The notes below the pieces were generated by a model. The model was not told the origin of the DNA, did not search any database, and worked only from the letters and a program-made list of their open reading frames with translations. The translations under genes were made by a program, and so were the position numbers. A DNA stretch of 64,000 bases from Patellaria atrata CBS 101060 (lineage: Eukaryota). Shown here one piece after another: positions 52,824-64,000 of this stretch (position 1 is the first letter of the stretch; each line of letters starts with the position of its first letter). Where the stretch lies: contig MU006094.1 of NCBI GenBank assembly GCA_010093705.1, positions 110,020 to 174,019 on the forward strand. Reading direction: 5' to 3'.

Positions 52824-53500
52824 AGTGGTAAGTGATCATATCTTTATTCTGTCGGAAAGGGATCCTTATCGTTGTATAGTTATAGTACTGTACAGTACCT
52901 ATTGAGGAGTCTATCATATCTATCATGTTGATAGGGCTATACATGGTCAACTATATACCCCTTGCACGATTGAGATAACTTATTTAGCAAGTATTCTCTA
53001 AATGGAAATTCTAGGAGTAATACTTGAGCTGGTATAGCTTCTTAATATTTGTAGATCTTATTATCCTAAAACATCTGTAATAGATATTATATCCTCCTTC
53101 CACCTCTCAAATACTATAAGAGATATTATATCTTTGTATAAACCATAACTATTTACATCAAGAAGAAGCTATAACAATTTCAAACTAATATCACTTTGTA
53201 CAAGATAGAAAATGGTGAGCACGTGATTATAGGATATACGCTGACTAAGCGCCCGGACCGTCCTAAGGTACCCTCCTTGGTGGGCCGGTCTGCGACGCGT
53301 CTTTTACTTCTTACAACCTACTTCACCAAAAGAAAGAATCGGATCCTAATACTATTCAATTGTCCCATATGAACTGAATTGAACACTTGGGTTACCACGA
53401 TCTCTATGTGATGATCGTCCATCACTGGGAAGAGATTTTCACGTCCTTCGCAGTTCCCCAGTTCTAGTTCTATCCCGTACTGATCCAGCTGAGCTGAAAA

Positions 53501-55982
53501 TCAATGCCTGAGAATACTACTCCACCTCGAACGAGTTGATACTGTCGTTGAGGAAGTACTTGGTGGGCGGCCTGAATTTCTTGGCGCCCATTTGTCAAGT
53601 AATTTTTTCAGATCTCTATGCAAGTCTCTCGGAACCCTGGATTCGTCGATCGTTGCTCCTGCTTTTAGCAGAAATTCGACAAGAAAATAGCTGTTGGTGC
53701 TCTTCAACGCCAGAATTAGGGGTGTCCGTCCATAGTTATCCTCAAAGTCGACGTTCGCTCCATGGTCCACGAGAATTTCGACCAACGGCCGGAGCTTCCG
53801 GTTGACAGCATGATGAAGTGGAGATTGTCCTTCGTTACATCCTATATTAGGATTTGCTTTGTTAACTAGAAGGATCTGTGCAACTTGCTTCCTTCCTTTA
53901 CTAACGGCGTAATGTAGCGCTGTCAAACCTTCGTCATCCCTCAGGTCCAGATTCGGCCGGGAAACTGGATCGTTATCCTCTCGATTGCAGAGCGCACCAA
54001 CAACTTCATCTGAACTTTGGAGTATCGCATGAAATAGCGGTGTCCATTTGTTTGCGTCTTGGAGTTCGATATCTGCTCCGTTTCTCAGTAAAAGCCTAAT
54101 CATTTCAGCGCTTCCCATTCTAATGGCGTGATGAAGAACGGTCGATCCAGTGACACTACTAGGTGCGTCTAGATTAACGCCTGAGTCGACCAGCTTAACA
54201 ACCATATTTTCGTTCTTTTGGTCTACCGCATGCCACAATGGTCTCCTTCCCTGCCGGTCTGGTGCTTCTACTGATGCCCCGCGCTGGATTAATCGGTCGA
54301 ATTCGCTTGGGTCTCCGTGGATTATGGCTTCAATCAGGAGAGTAGTACCTTGTACAATCCAGTCGATGTCCCAGGATGCATTGTTCTGATCAGAAATTTT
54401 GAGGTCGACTAATTTGTCTACTACAGTAGCCTCTGGTAATACTCTTTCCACTGGTGGGAACGTCGGAACGACTGGTTCTGGGGCCTCAGGGTACATATCG
54501 CGTAGTACCATCACTTCAATTTCGTATCCTCGAAGTTCAAAGATACTCGATAACGCTTGAACGGCATCACCGAAATCTGAGGTAGATGGATCCACTTCTA
54601 GTCGTAGTTTGAAACACCTTTTCGACCATTTTTCCGCTCGATCAAGCGCGCTTTCATCCTTATGCTTGCTGTACTGTACTAACTCAATCTTTGCGAGGTC
54701 ACAGTAAAACTCAGACTGTTCTAGAGCTAGCTCCTGGGAAATGGTTTCAGACGCTCGCCGCTCCCTTTGAGATGACTCTACCTGCGCAGGAAAGTGACTG
54801 TAAAGAATCTCTCTTGCTTCGGTTTCTCTTCCGGATTCTCTCAAGATAGAAGCTAGTTCCCGGTGCATCTGATGTAAACTGTGTTTGGGATCATACGCGC
54901 GATTCCACTCTAGCACATGGCTTATCAGTCTACGTTGGTATGCCTCCAGCAAGCTCAGTTGCTGTCCGGCACGTTGTAAGTTTTTGATTGATTCAAGGTA
55001 TTGGTTGATGAGCGCAGCTAATGGTTCTCGAGGGAAAGTATCATCGAAACTTGGATCTGGATCTGACTGAATCTCGGTTGATAATTCTGATTCCAAGATT
55101 TCCATATCTGCAAATGGCCGTGAACTAGTCTCAATTTCTTCTCCTTCGCTGTCCGTATCTTCCCATGCGTCTTTATCCATAACACTATCTGTGCGGCTTA
55201 GTAAAGATTTATTCTCTGTGTCTGTTAAACTTTTCTTTTCAACCAACTTTTTAGTCGCTTTGGCCGCGATGAGACCGTTGCTCATTCGTTTCACGTGTCT
55301 TGCATGCTTTTCGGTCCATGTTTTTTCACTATCGTTACTTCCTATCGATTTTGTATCTGAGGTTGCATCAATCAATTGTTCCTCCCCCTTTTCAACTTTG
55401 CGGTCTAGATTCGCAAGAGGTTTGGCTGCTTCCGCAGACGATTGGGTCAATATCAGACTACCAATCCCATTAGCAGCAGTATATTTGCTCTTTATTCTAC
55501 GGCGAGATAACTTACACGCTAAGACATTGGAGGGACAATGACAGCTCTGCAATATGATCTGAGAGATCACGAGAGAAATCCATCAAATTCGGGTTCCGTC
55601 GATCGTATTTCAACGCCCACAAAACTTTATCAATCCACGTCATTTTTCCGTTACTCGTGACTTTTAATTTCCTCATTTCTGTCTTGAAGTTTCGTATTGT
55701 ATTCTCCCAGCTCTTTAAGGAATCATTCAGATTCATCCAGACGCAACTTTCAGCTCTTGTGGGTTCTTCGCCTTCAATCTGTCCTCTACGGGTTCTTAGG
55801 GTTATGTGGACCATAAAAAGCGTTTGTCGAAGGCTGACCGTCTTCGCAAATAAACTTTTCTCAATGCGATCAGCATTTCTAGCTTTAGCTACGAATGTAG
55901 CGAGCGATTTGTAAAGTCTAAGGGCTAATTCGATTGTGGTTGCGGCGCTCGCAAATACCTGGAGAAACTCTGACCCGGACAT
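53501..55982 (-). CDS. Fungal HeLo-like N-terminal domain + helical region + ankyrin repeats
   Basis: N-terminus MSGSEFLQVFASAATTIELALRLY...KVLWALK; intron 55515-55458. About 7 ankyrin repeats (GRRPLWHAV, GSTVLHHAI, WTPLFHAI, GLTALHYAV, GQSPLHHAV, GRTPLILAL). Confidence 0.85.
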
Positions 55983-57402
55983 AGCTTTTACACCTTCTCT
56001 ACGGTCCTGGTGAACTCAGATGCATTTACAAATGGACCAGATTGCGTGGCGGTCCTCGAAGAGTAGTTTGGCCATATACATACTATACGGTGCGTCGTAT
56101 AGAACTTAAAGGGTCTCAACGAGGAGGTGTTGCTCTTAGGATCATCCTGCGCACGCGCGAACAGACGAACTGTTCAAAGGCACGAGGCAATGGTGCAGTC
56201 AGGTCGGAAAAAGCACTGCGGACATCCGCCAAGTATTCTACGACCGCCCAAGGGCTAGGAGTTATTCAGAGGGTATTGGCGTTCTGCCTGTGGAAGCACG
56301 ATACTTTGTCCAACGCGCCGCACCGTTCCTCCCTAGCGGTGTGCTTGCACCTCATTACGTGTGAAGGTTCAGAAGCTTGGTCCCCTTGCTCTATCGACTG
56401 AAGGATCGACGCTTCCGTTGCATACCCACCAATTCTCCACTTCATTCGCATGCATGCGCTAAGATAATTCAGGCGTTACTCGCTAGTATGTCCTTTTTTT
56501 TTTGACGTCTATCCTCTTCCGAGACTATGAATCGATGTCTTTTCCTTCGAAGTTGAGTCTCTCTAAAAGCTTCTGCGCAATATACGTATCTCGGACTATG
56601 TCTTGTGTAGCGCTGAACTTTCGTGCAACATTTTCAGTGAACCGTCCAGCCTCGCCAGAACGCAGATGTGGACGTCAGACGGCAGCTTACCGGTTTGTAA
56701 GAAATAATTCATCTGCAGGAGCTCCCGTTCAGGCTATAGAAGCGAGATGTGGCGTTGATATGCTGCGGAACTTCTTCCCTTGCCTTGTGGGGGCCGTGGG
56801 GTCATCTCAACCAGACTGATGTACTCCAGCTATGGTGTTTGCTGATAATGACTGGAGTACTGCTCGGCCATTACTCACTTGGTCGGGCATCTCGATTATT
56901 ATAAAAATATGTGGCTGTAAGTTGGACAAACGTAAAGCGCCTTAAACATATCTTGGGAGTATAAAGATGGAACCTAAGATATCGACATCGTTGCACAGCT
57001 ACTTGGTTCTATGTGTCACATTTTGAGATGCACATTTTGCAGGCGCTCCAATTTGACAAAGCAAGTCAGGAGCCGCAGGTCGCGGGAATTTACCTCTACC
57101 TAAATCACGGGGCCCAAAGAGTACGTTCGCGGGATTTGGGGGCAGCCTCTTTGGTCTTATATGTCTAATTTACAGCCTTATATTCCATGTTTTCCGATGA
57201 GCGACCGTACTAGACTAGAAGGTAGGCTGTGCCTGTGAACCTTCCATCGGGACATCAATGTCGATTGGGATTATAAAGTTAATCATTCCCCGTCGATGGA
57301 TATCCATCCTGGTTATGGAATTGGGCTTTTACCCCACTGAAAAGCGAGTTTTAAGTACTGTCTAATACTTGGAAATTTGCCCCTTTGGGAGAACTCGATC
57401 CT

Positions 57403-60144
57403 ATGTCCGGCGACAAAACTATGGTATGGGACATTGAGTCTGCGTCCTCTCAGTCTTTGTAACAATTATCTAATACGTATGATATAGCCTCCCTCCGAGA
57501 GGAACGAATATACATTACAAAACCATTACCCACAGATTCTGTATGAGAATAACCTAACTGTCTAAACCAGATGTACTGACCGAATACTCATAGAATTGAC
57601 AATCCACTCCGCCAACAGACCCCTCGACAGACTGGAGAAGATGCTCGAGCTTTCCACTCCCAACATAATCTTGAAGATGTAGTCGATGTGGAGACCTTCG
57701 TGCGCGCAGCCTTGGCTGCTCGCGACCCAGACCCAGAAGCGTACAGAAATATTCAAGGATTGACCTATATTGAACGACGAGAACTAGATAAGGAAGGAGA
57801 GGGCGGTATCTTGCACCAGATATTGCACTTACCGAGAGATTATTGGATTAATCTGGCCACTTGCTGCTTTGCCGCAATAACACAGTAAGTACATCCTATA
57901 TACTTTTAATGCTTTCACCGTAACTCAAGAATCTTTTCTTATTTATACAATGTATATATCCTGCTATACTATAGTATTATTTTCGGGATCTTCCAAATGT
58001 TATTCTGCTTGTTTTATAAGTACTCCTCAGTCAGGGGTACGGACTATTTAGTTACAGAACAGAGCATACCCGGTTGTGATTCTTCACAAGAGAAGATACA
58101 TCTCGTCTTTTTTACTCCATACATAACTAACTCCCTGTTTTCATCCGCAATAGGGGTTGGGATCAATCTAGTATCAATGGCGCCAACCTTGGCTGGCCAC
58201 GAGAGTTCGGTCTCAACGTGAACCTAATGGATCCCACAACACATGCCCACGATGTTTGGCTTTTCGCCATTGTGAACGCATCGACATATCTTTCAGCGGG
58301 CATTGTTGGTTGCTGGCTTTCGGACCCTCTTAATTCACACTTTTACGGCCGCCGAGGTGCGCTATTCACTGCAGGGCTTTTCAGCTTTGCTACTGTGATT
58401 GGTGCTGCATATACGCAGAGTTGGAAGACGTTGCTCCTCTGTCGTATCCTACTTGGATTTGGCATGGGTGCAAAGGCTAGTGTGGTCCCCATCTTCGCCA
58501 GTGAGACGGCCCCTAGAGCGACAAGAGGATCTTTAGTTATCTCGTGGCAACTGATGGACGCTTTCGGCATATTCCTCGGATTTGCAGCGAATATCGTCGT
58601 ATATGATAGCTGGAGGAAGATGGTAGCGGCAGCCTTCATCCCAGCGCTACTTTTGCTCATCCTGGTACCCCTATGCACCGAGAGTCCGAGATGGCTACTC
58701 AAAAAGGGTCGTTATAAAGATGCTCTTAATGCTTTTGCTCGATTAAGAGGAGCTTCCACGCCATTATTAGCCTGCAGGGACTTATATTATACTCATGTCC
58801 AGATTCAGAGTGAGACAAAATATCTGAATACGGGTAGATATCATAGGAATGATCCAGCAAGCGGAGGTCCTGTGATCAGCCACGATGACTTTCAGAGAGA
58901 AGTCGAGATGTCCAGTTACGGAAGCCGGTTTCTTCAACTCTTCACGATTCCACGTATTCGTCGAGCCAGCGTTTCTGCATTTGTTATTATGATCGCACAG
59001 CAGACATGTGGCGTAGGCAACCCTATTCTGCTCAAGTATGTCACCCGCTGATTTTGTCTAGGTAAATGTGTTGGCCTTTTTGTCATCGACCATTTTCAAT
59101 GATGCAATTCAAGGGGAGGGAAACGCAACTCAGAACAAGTCGGCAGAGAAGAAGGCGCTCTGGTTCAGTTTTGGCATCGGACTCGCCAATTTTTTCTTTA
59201 CATGGCTTGCCATGGGCACAATTGACAGCAAGGTTAGGCTCTAATTAAATAAAGTGACTTTTGCCGCCGGCTGACATTATCGAAGGGCCGCCGATACCTC
59301 CTGCACTTTTCTTTCCCGAATATGGCGTGGACGTTGCTCGCGGCAGGACTTTGCTTTCTAATTGACAATGATGACCTACGGATAGGACTACATATATTAT
59401 TTGTCTTTCTATTCTTTGTCGTAAGTTATTTCTTGCTCTATCTCCTCATTTACGTCCACTCCCCTCTCCATATTTGGGTATTTGAAGCCCAAGTGTCGTC
59501 AATAATTTTCCATTTCTGTTATTGTGATCGAAGTCTTTGGTTTTTCTTATAATATTTTTTCGAGATCAATTCAGCAGCCTTGAAGCAACTACTAATAATA
59601 CGCTTGCAGGCATACTCAGGAGGCGAAGGTCCCGTCGCTTTTATCCTATCCAGCGAAGTGTAAGCCCCCTCCACAATCCGTCTAAGTAACAGACATCTAA
59701 CCATTCTCCAGATTCCCTCTCGTAAATCGCGAAGTCGGGATGTCCTTCGCCGTCTTCTGGAACCTCTTCGGCGCTGGAATCCTCGCCCTCGTCTCCCCGA
59801 TCCTAGCTTACGCGCTCACGTACGCGGGCCTACTGGGTCTGTTTGCAGGACTCAACCTCGTCTCCTGGGCAGCGGTATTCTTCCTCGTCCCCGAGACCGC
59901 GCAGTTCGAACTGGAGGACTTGAATAGCATTTGTAAGTTCCAGTTGTTTACGTTAGTGTTTAACCGTGGATTATGAACTGATGGGGTGATAGTTGAGATC
60001 CGCACTCTTGCGCATATCAAATATAGGTTTGCGGTCTTGAAGTGGGTTTTTAGATTGACGAAAGACGAGCCGGCGCCGTTGTATATTTGGGCAAGTGAGC
60101 AGAGGAGTAGAGGGGTGGATATGAATGAGAGAGGGAGGATTTGA
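57403..60144 (+). CDS. MFS sugar porter (myo-inositol transporter-like)
   Basis: Many exons. IDNPL, QGWDQSSINGAN, YGRRGALF, FASETAP..RGSLV, TESPRWL, QQTCGVN, GEGPVAF..SSEVFPL..RE, VPET. The start codon is the least certain part. Confidence 0.88.
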
Positions 60145-60665
60145 GATGCGGAAAGAATCATGATGTCAGGGATATTTTTGGCACATTGAGTTTATGAATA
60201 CAAAATTGGTTTTTTATTGACACGGCCATATTTGTGGGCATTTTCTAACTTTTCTATTCGAAAAACCGCCGCCCGACAAAATGGGTTGATCGCGTAAGGG
60301 GTGAACGGTTAACTAAAAGTCAATGACTCGCAGTCACGAGCACCTTCATTATTTTACAAAGTAAAACTAATATAAGATGTTTATGACTTCTTCTCGATGT
60401 GGATAGTTGGAGTCAGCTAAGACGCTACGTGTTTTTGGTCATAGTTCTCGTTTGACGGGAATTACCTAATTAGGTAGTGCTGATAAATTTCCGGTATAAA
60501 GATACGTGATTAAGTATACCCTAAACCGGTGAAATGTATATGGATATGATGTGTGACTATGAATATCTCTTTACCGGTATATTTTTGAAGCTCTATTCAA
60601 ATAAACCCCTATCATAATGCTAGTGTTATCGAGATTCCACAATCCCACATCGTGAACCCCATCCC

Positions 60666-63600
60666 CTACTTTTTATCTGATCTCCGCTTGAGTCGCCACC
60701 AGGGACGAGGTAATTGCAGACTGGTCTGAGTTTTTCTACGCCAGACTTCTAGCTGTATGGTGCTAGTGTCAGGTGGAAGCTCAAATACGGGGTTTTCGCG
60801 CTTCAGTCGATAGTTGACCATCATATCCTGCAACTTATCCCCTTGATATGCCACAACCAGAGCAGCACAAACAACAGTACCAGTAACCGGTAGTGCGGTA
60901 GACCAGAATATAGTCTGTGTCTTGTCCATGTTGCGTAGATCCGAGACGTTCATCCCAAAAAAGCTGGTTATGAACGATCTGTTCGATTTCAATTAGTTAT
61001 CGATGCGTAAGTGAGAGACAGATTGAAACCTACAAGGGTAAGAAAACAATGGTGACCATAGTGAATACCAAGATGGCTTTTCCGTGATCCTCTTCCAAGA
61101 TTTCAATATTCTGTCTGACCGCATCTTTCATACTCTGTAAGCGCTTGCAAAGAGCAAGGAATTTTCTATCTTTGGACGCTAGCCTCGCAGAAGCACTCAG
61201 GAGCAAATTGGACTCTATAGAAACCGCCGGGGCTTCAATTTGCGTCCAATAGTTTAAAGATCGCGGTTGTAACACTTTACAGATACTTTCAAACAGTGTT
61301 CTTTGCCAATCGTTGACTTTACGGATTGCTTCGATCTCTTCTTGGAGATAAATGACATCTCGTAGGAGACGTCGCCGGGGAGAATGAGTTATTTGATATC
61401 GCTAATTTGGCAAAGAAAATCATTAGTAATGGGAATTTTGCGCCTGGTGGGTTTATGAAGAGAAATTCTCTTACCAACCGCATTGAAAATTTCCCATATT
61501 TGCTTAGAAAATCTATCCTCTCCCCTTGACGCATAACAGATGACTGAAGATTTGTGAGAATCTTTCCAAGCAGTAGCTCTGGAGATACTAAGGTACGACG
61601 CGGAGGGGATTTGACAATTGTTCTATTTAGCAGGACAAAGTTGCTTTCCGTTGAATCCAGAAACAACAGGATATATTCAGCCAGTTTGACCAAGTGTGCA
61701 GTTTTTTTATCAGTATACTGTGAACAAAGATCCACCTCACCTACGATTGGTTGAGTTACTGGCAGTGAGTAGAAATGTTCAGTTATCTGTGTCATCGTAC
61801 AAGCTGTGTGCAAGAAGAATCGTATAACTTGCCCAAACATTAGGACAATCGTGTAAGGTAGCTTGCTATCCCTACTCTCCTGTATTGTGCCTATCGTGCT
61901 GTAACGCACAAGGGAAGCTCGAGTGAAAATTCGTTCCAAGTGCTCAACGACGGTTCGAAGTAAATGCCATATGTTTCGTAAAAGAACCGCCATGCGTATC
62001 TGTGAAGCTCTCACAATCCACAATAGAAGATCTTCCGTGCGCGGTGAATTGGTTGAAGCATCAAACTCGGAGAAATGACAGCGTCTAAGATGTTCCAAGG
62101 CATCTTCTTGTGAAGGATAGTTCCAATGCTGAGTACAGTGCAGGCATTCGAATAAAGCAGTTGTCGGTTCAGGAGTGGGTAGACTTGCTATGTTATTTCT
62201 CTTCTCAGTCAGGTCAATAATCATCCAGAAATCATCTTGTCCGCGAGTCTCGCCTTGCATATAGTCATAGAAAATATTTTCAAGTAGCTTAAGTCAATCT
62301 TAGTTTCCGATCATACAATGCTAAGATGGATGCTCACCACTGCTATTGTTTGATAAGAACCCCAAACCTTTCGTAGCAGTGTATGGGAGCACTGCAGTGA
62401 AACGAAGAGGTTCGTTAATCCAAAAATGGTATGGAAAAGGCGATTCAGAAGACGAATCAGCTCTACCCGTTCGCGCTCTATTTTTGGATCCTGTGAGAGA
62501 GGGTTATAAATGATATAGGAGTCGGTCGATCCACCCACACTAGAAGGCGTTTGCCCTTCGGGTACTATGTGCATAGTCTTGAGAGAATTCTCGCTTGTTA
62601 AATATGGATACTTGGCTGTAAGTCCACTCAATTCAAACTCTTCAATGCTCTTTATAGCAAGATTTTTTGATGATGCCCTTTCTATTCGAAACCTGATGTC
62701 AGTAAGTATACTTTGGACGCACTCGGATCTTTGTCTGCTTCGCTCTCGAGCTCGTTGAGCTACATTCTCTACGTTATAATGCTTTTGGGGTAATGCAGAT
62801 GAATATAGCTCGACAGCAAAATCTAAGAAACGACGAGAGATATTGATATGACCCGTAAGTTCCTCACTTGTTGAGTAAGTACACGCAAATGCACCTGAGG
62901 AGCTCTTGAGGTATGTATCCGAATTTGGAGAGATCGCCAATTCGAATATTTTCTCCCTTCGAAACGCACTAAGGTCTAAATTCTCATCCGCTAAACCTTT
63001 CAAGTTGTCTTCTGGTAACATTCTAGGTGGGACTAAGAAGTCGAAAACATTGAAATGGCAATCTGGGGTTTCATGGCGACTCTGTCTTCCCTCTGTTGCG
63101 TGGTCCTGTGAGTTACTGGGTACGGCATTTCCCACTGACTGCTCTTTTAGGATTACGTAGTGATAAGCCAATCTTTGGAAAAGGAACGAGTGACAATATC
63201 GCCAGCTTTCATCAATATTGTAACTATATTGTAGCTGTATTGAACATAATAGGTCTTTCATACGCGTAGACTCGGTCATCTCTGACTCCGTTGATCTTGA
63301 TGAGACGTTGAAGTGGGACGCATTCAGTCTTGAGAGTTCCGATCGCACTTTCATCTGATGAGCGTGAACTTGATACAGGAAAATGTACCAGATATCTGTA
63401 CGGGCCTGCGATAAGACCGTCCTGGTATTATCCCTATGGGTCACAAATTAATTTTCGAATACACAGGAGAGGAAGAAAAGCAAAATAGGTCGCCCATGTG
63501 CAATAAAACATGATTTCGTGAATTTTACCTTTGTCCCGTTCCCACCCAAAACCCGGCACTCTCTTCTACTTCTTTCATCTTCATAGAGTACAATTCACTT

Positions 63601-64000
63601 TCGCATCGAGCGCGATTCGGAGGATAAGGCACGTTTCCGCACAAAGCGCAGCGCGGTAACCAGCTCCAGATATCGAAAGGCCAGCTTGTGTCGATCTCAA
63701 CGGCGTCAAGGTCATCGTAGAGGTTGTCGTAAGGTAGCGGCATTGAAGAGACCCATGGTAATCTTGTATCAAATTCATTCGGAGTAGCCAAAGATAACAA
63801 ATTCTGGGATCCTTCCTCTCTTTCGGATGGTAGATCGCAGTCAAACGTGCCATAAATTCTGGTGGAGAACTCACTCTGAGAAGTATCGGGTTGCGAGTAT
63901 AGGTGATAACCAAAAGGATCTAGTATATAAGGTATAGGTGGTGACGGACGTGATATAAGCTACAGTAGAATATTTGAGAACAAGAGACGTTATCAAATAT
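60666..64000 (-). CDS. Large fungal protein with a C-terminal CorA-like two-helix/GMN module (5' end outside the window)
   Basis: ILEEDHGKAILVFTMVTIVFLPL/SFITSFFGMN...IFWSTALPVT. Upstream exons at about 63960-63528, 63440-62338 and 62280-61475. A probable splice acceptor near 63961 suggests the gene continues beyond the window edge. Confidence 0.75.

Noticed and set aside
1..64000. CRISPR arrays, rRNA, intact transposons, telomeric repeats
   Set aside because: None seen: no repeat-spacer arrays, RT/integrase/DDE motifs, LTRs/TIRs or (TTAGGG)n tracts.

Overview
Intron-rich, gene-dense nuclear DNA from a filamentous ascomycete (Pezizomycotina; GT..CTRAY..AG introns mostly 50-130 nt). The left half is mostly housekeeping genes: Nudix DDP1/Aps1, ATE1, TSC13, xanthine dehydrogenase, PRPP synthetase, a Uds1-domain protein, mitochondrial PheRS and the DIC1 carrier. 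It also holds an orphan Cys/His-rich ORF, a secreted protein made only of two CBM1 modules, and a ~7.5 kb gene-poor gap. The right half is more accessory: DHA2-type MFS, GH32 beta-fructofuranosidase, S53 sedolisin, a HeLo-pseudokinase, a pRiA4b-ORF3-like pseudogene, an SDR, a HeLo-like/ankyrin protein, a sugar porter and a CorA-tailed protein that runs off the window. The best lead is a head-to-head pair: a redox-dead, HDEL-tagged PDI-like protein (WCGHC replaced by WTGPS) and a signal-peptide prolyl 4-hydroxylase ending in EDEL. This recalls the alpha/PDI-beta organisation of animal collagen P4H. Other leads are an unassigned, highly structured GC-rich element at ~5.36-5.55 kb with Pol III-like boxes, an MLKL-like HeLo-pseudokinase, and dense GTAC motif clusters. 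All calls come from reading the sequence by eye; no database searches were run, and exon boundaries were inferred manually.
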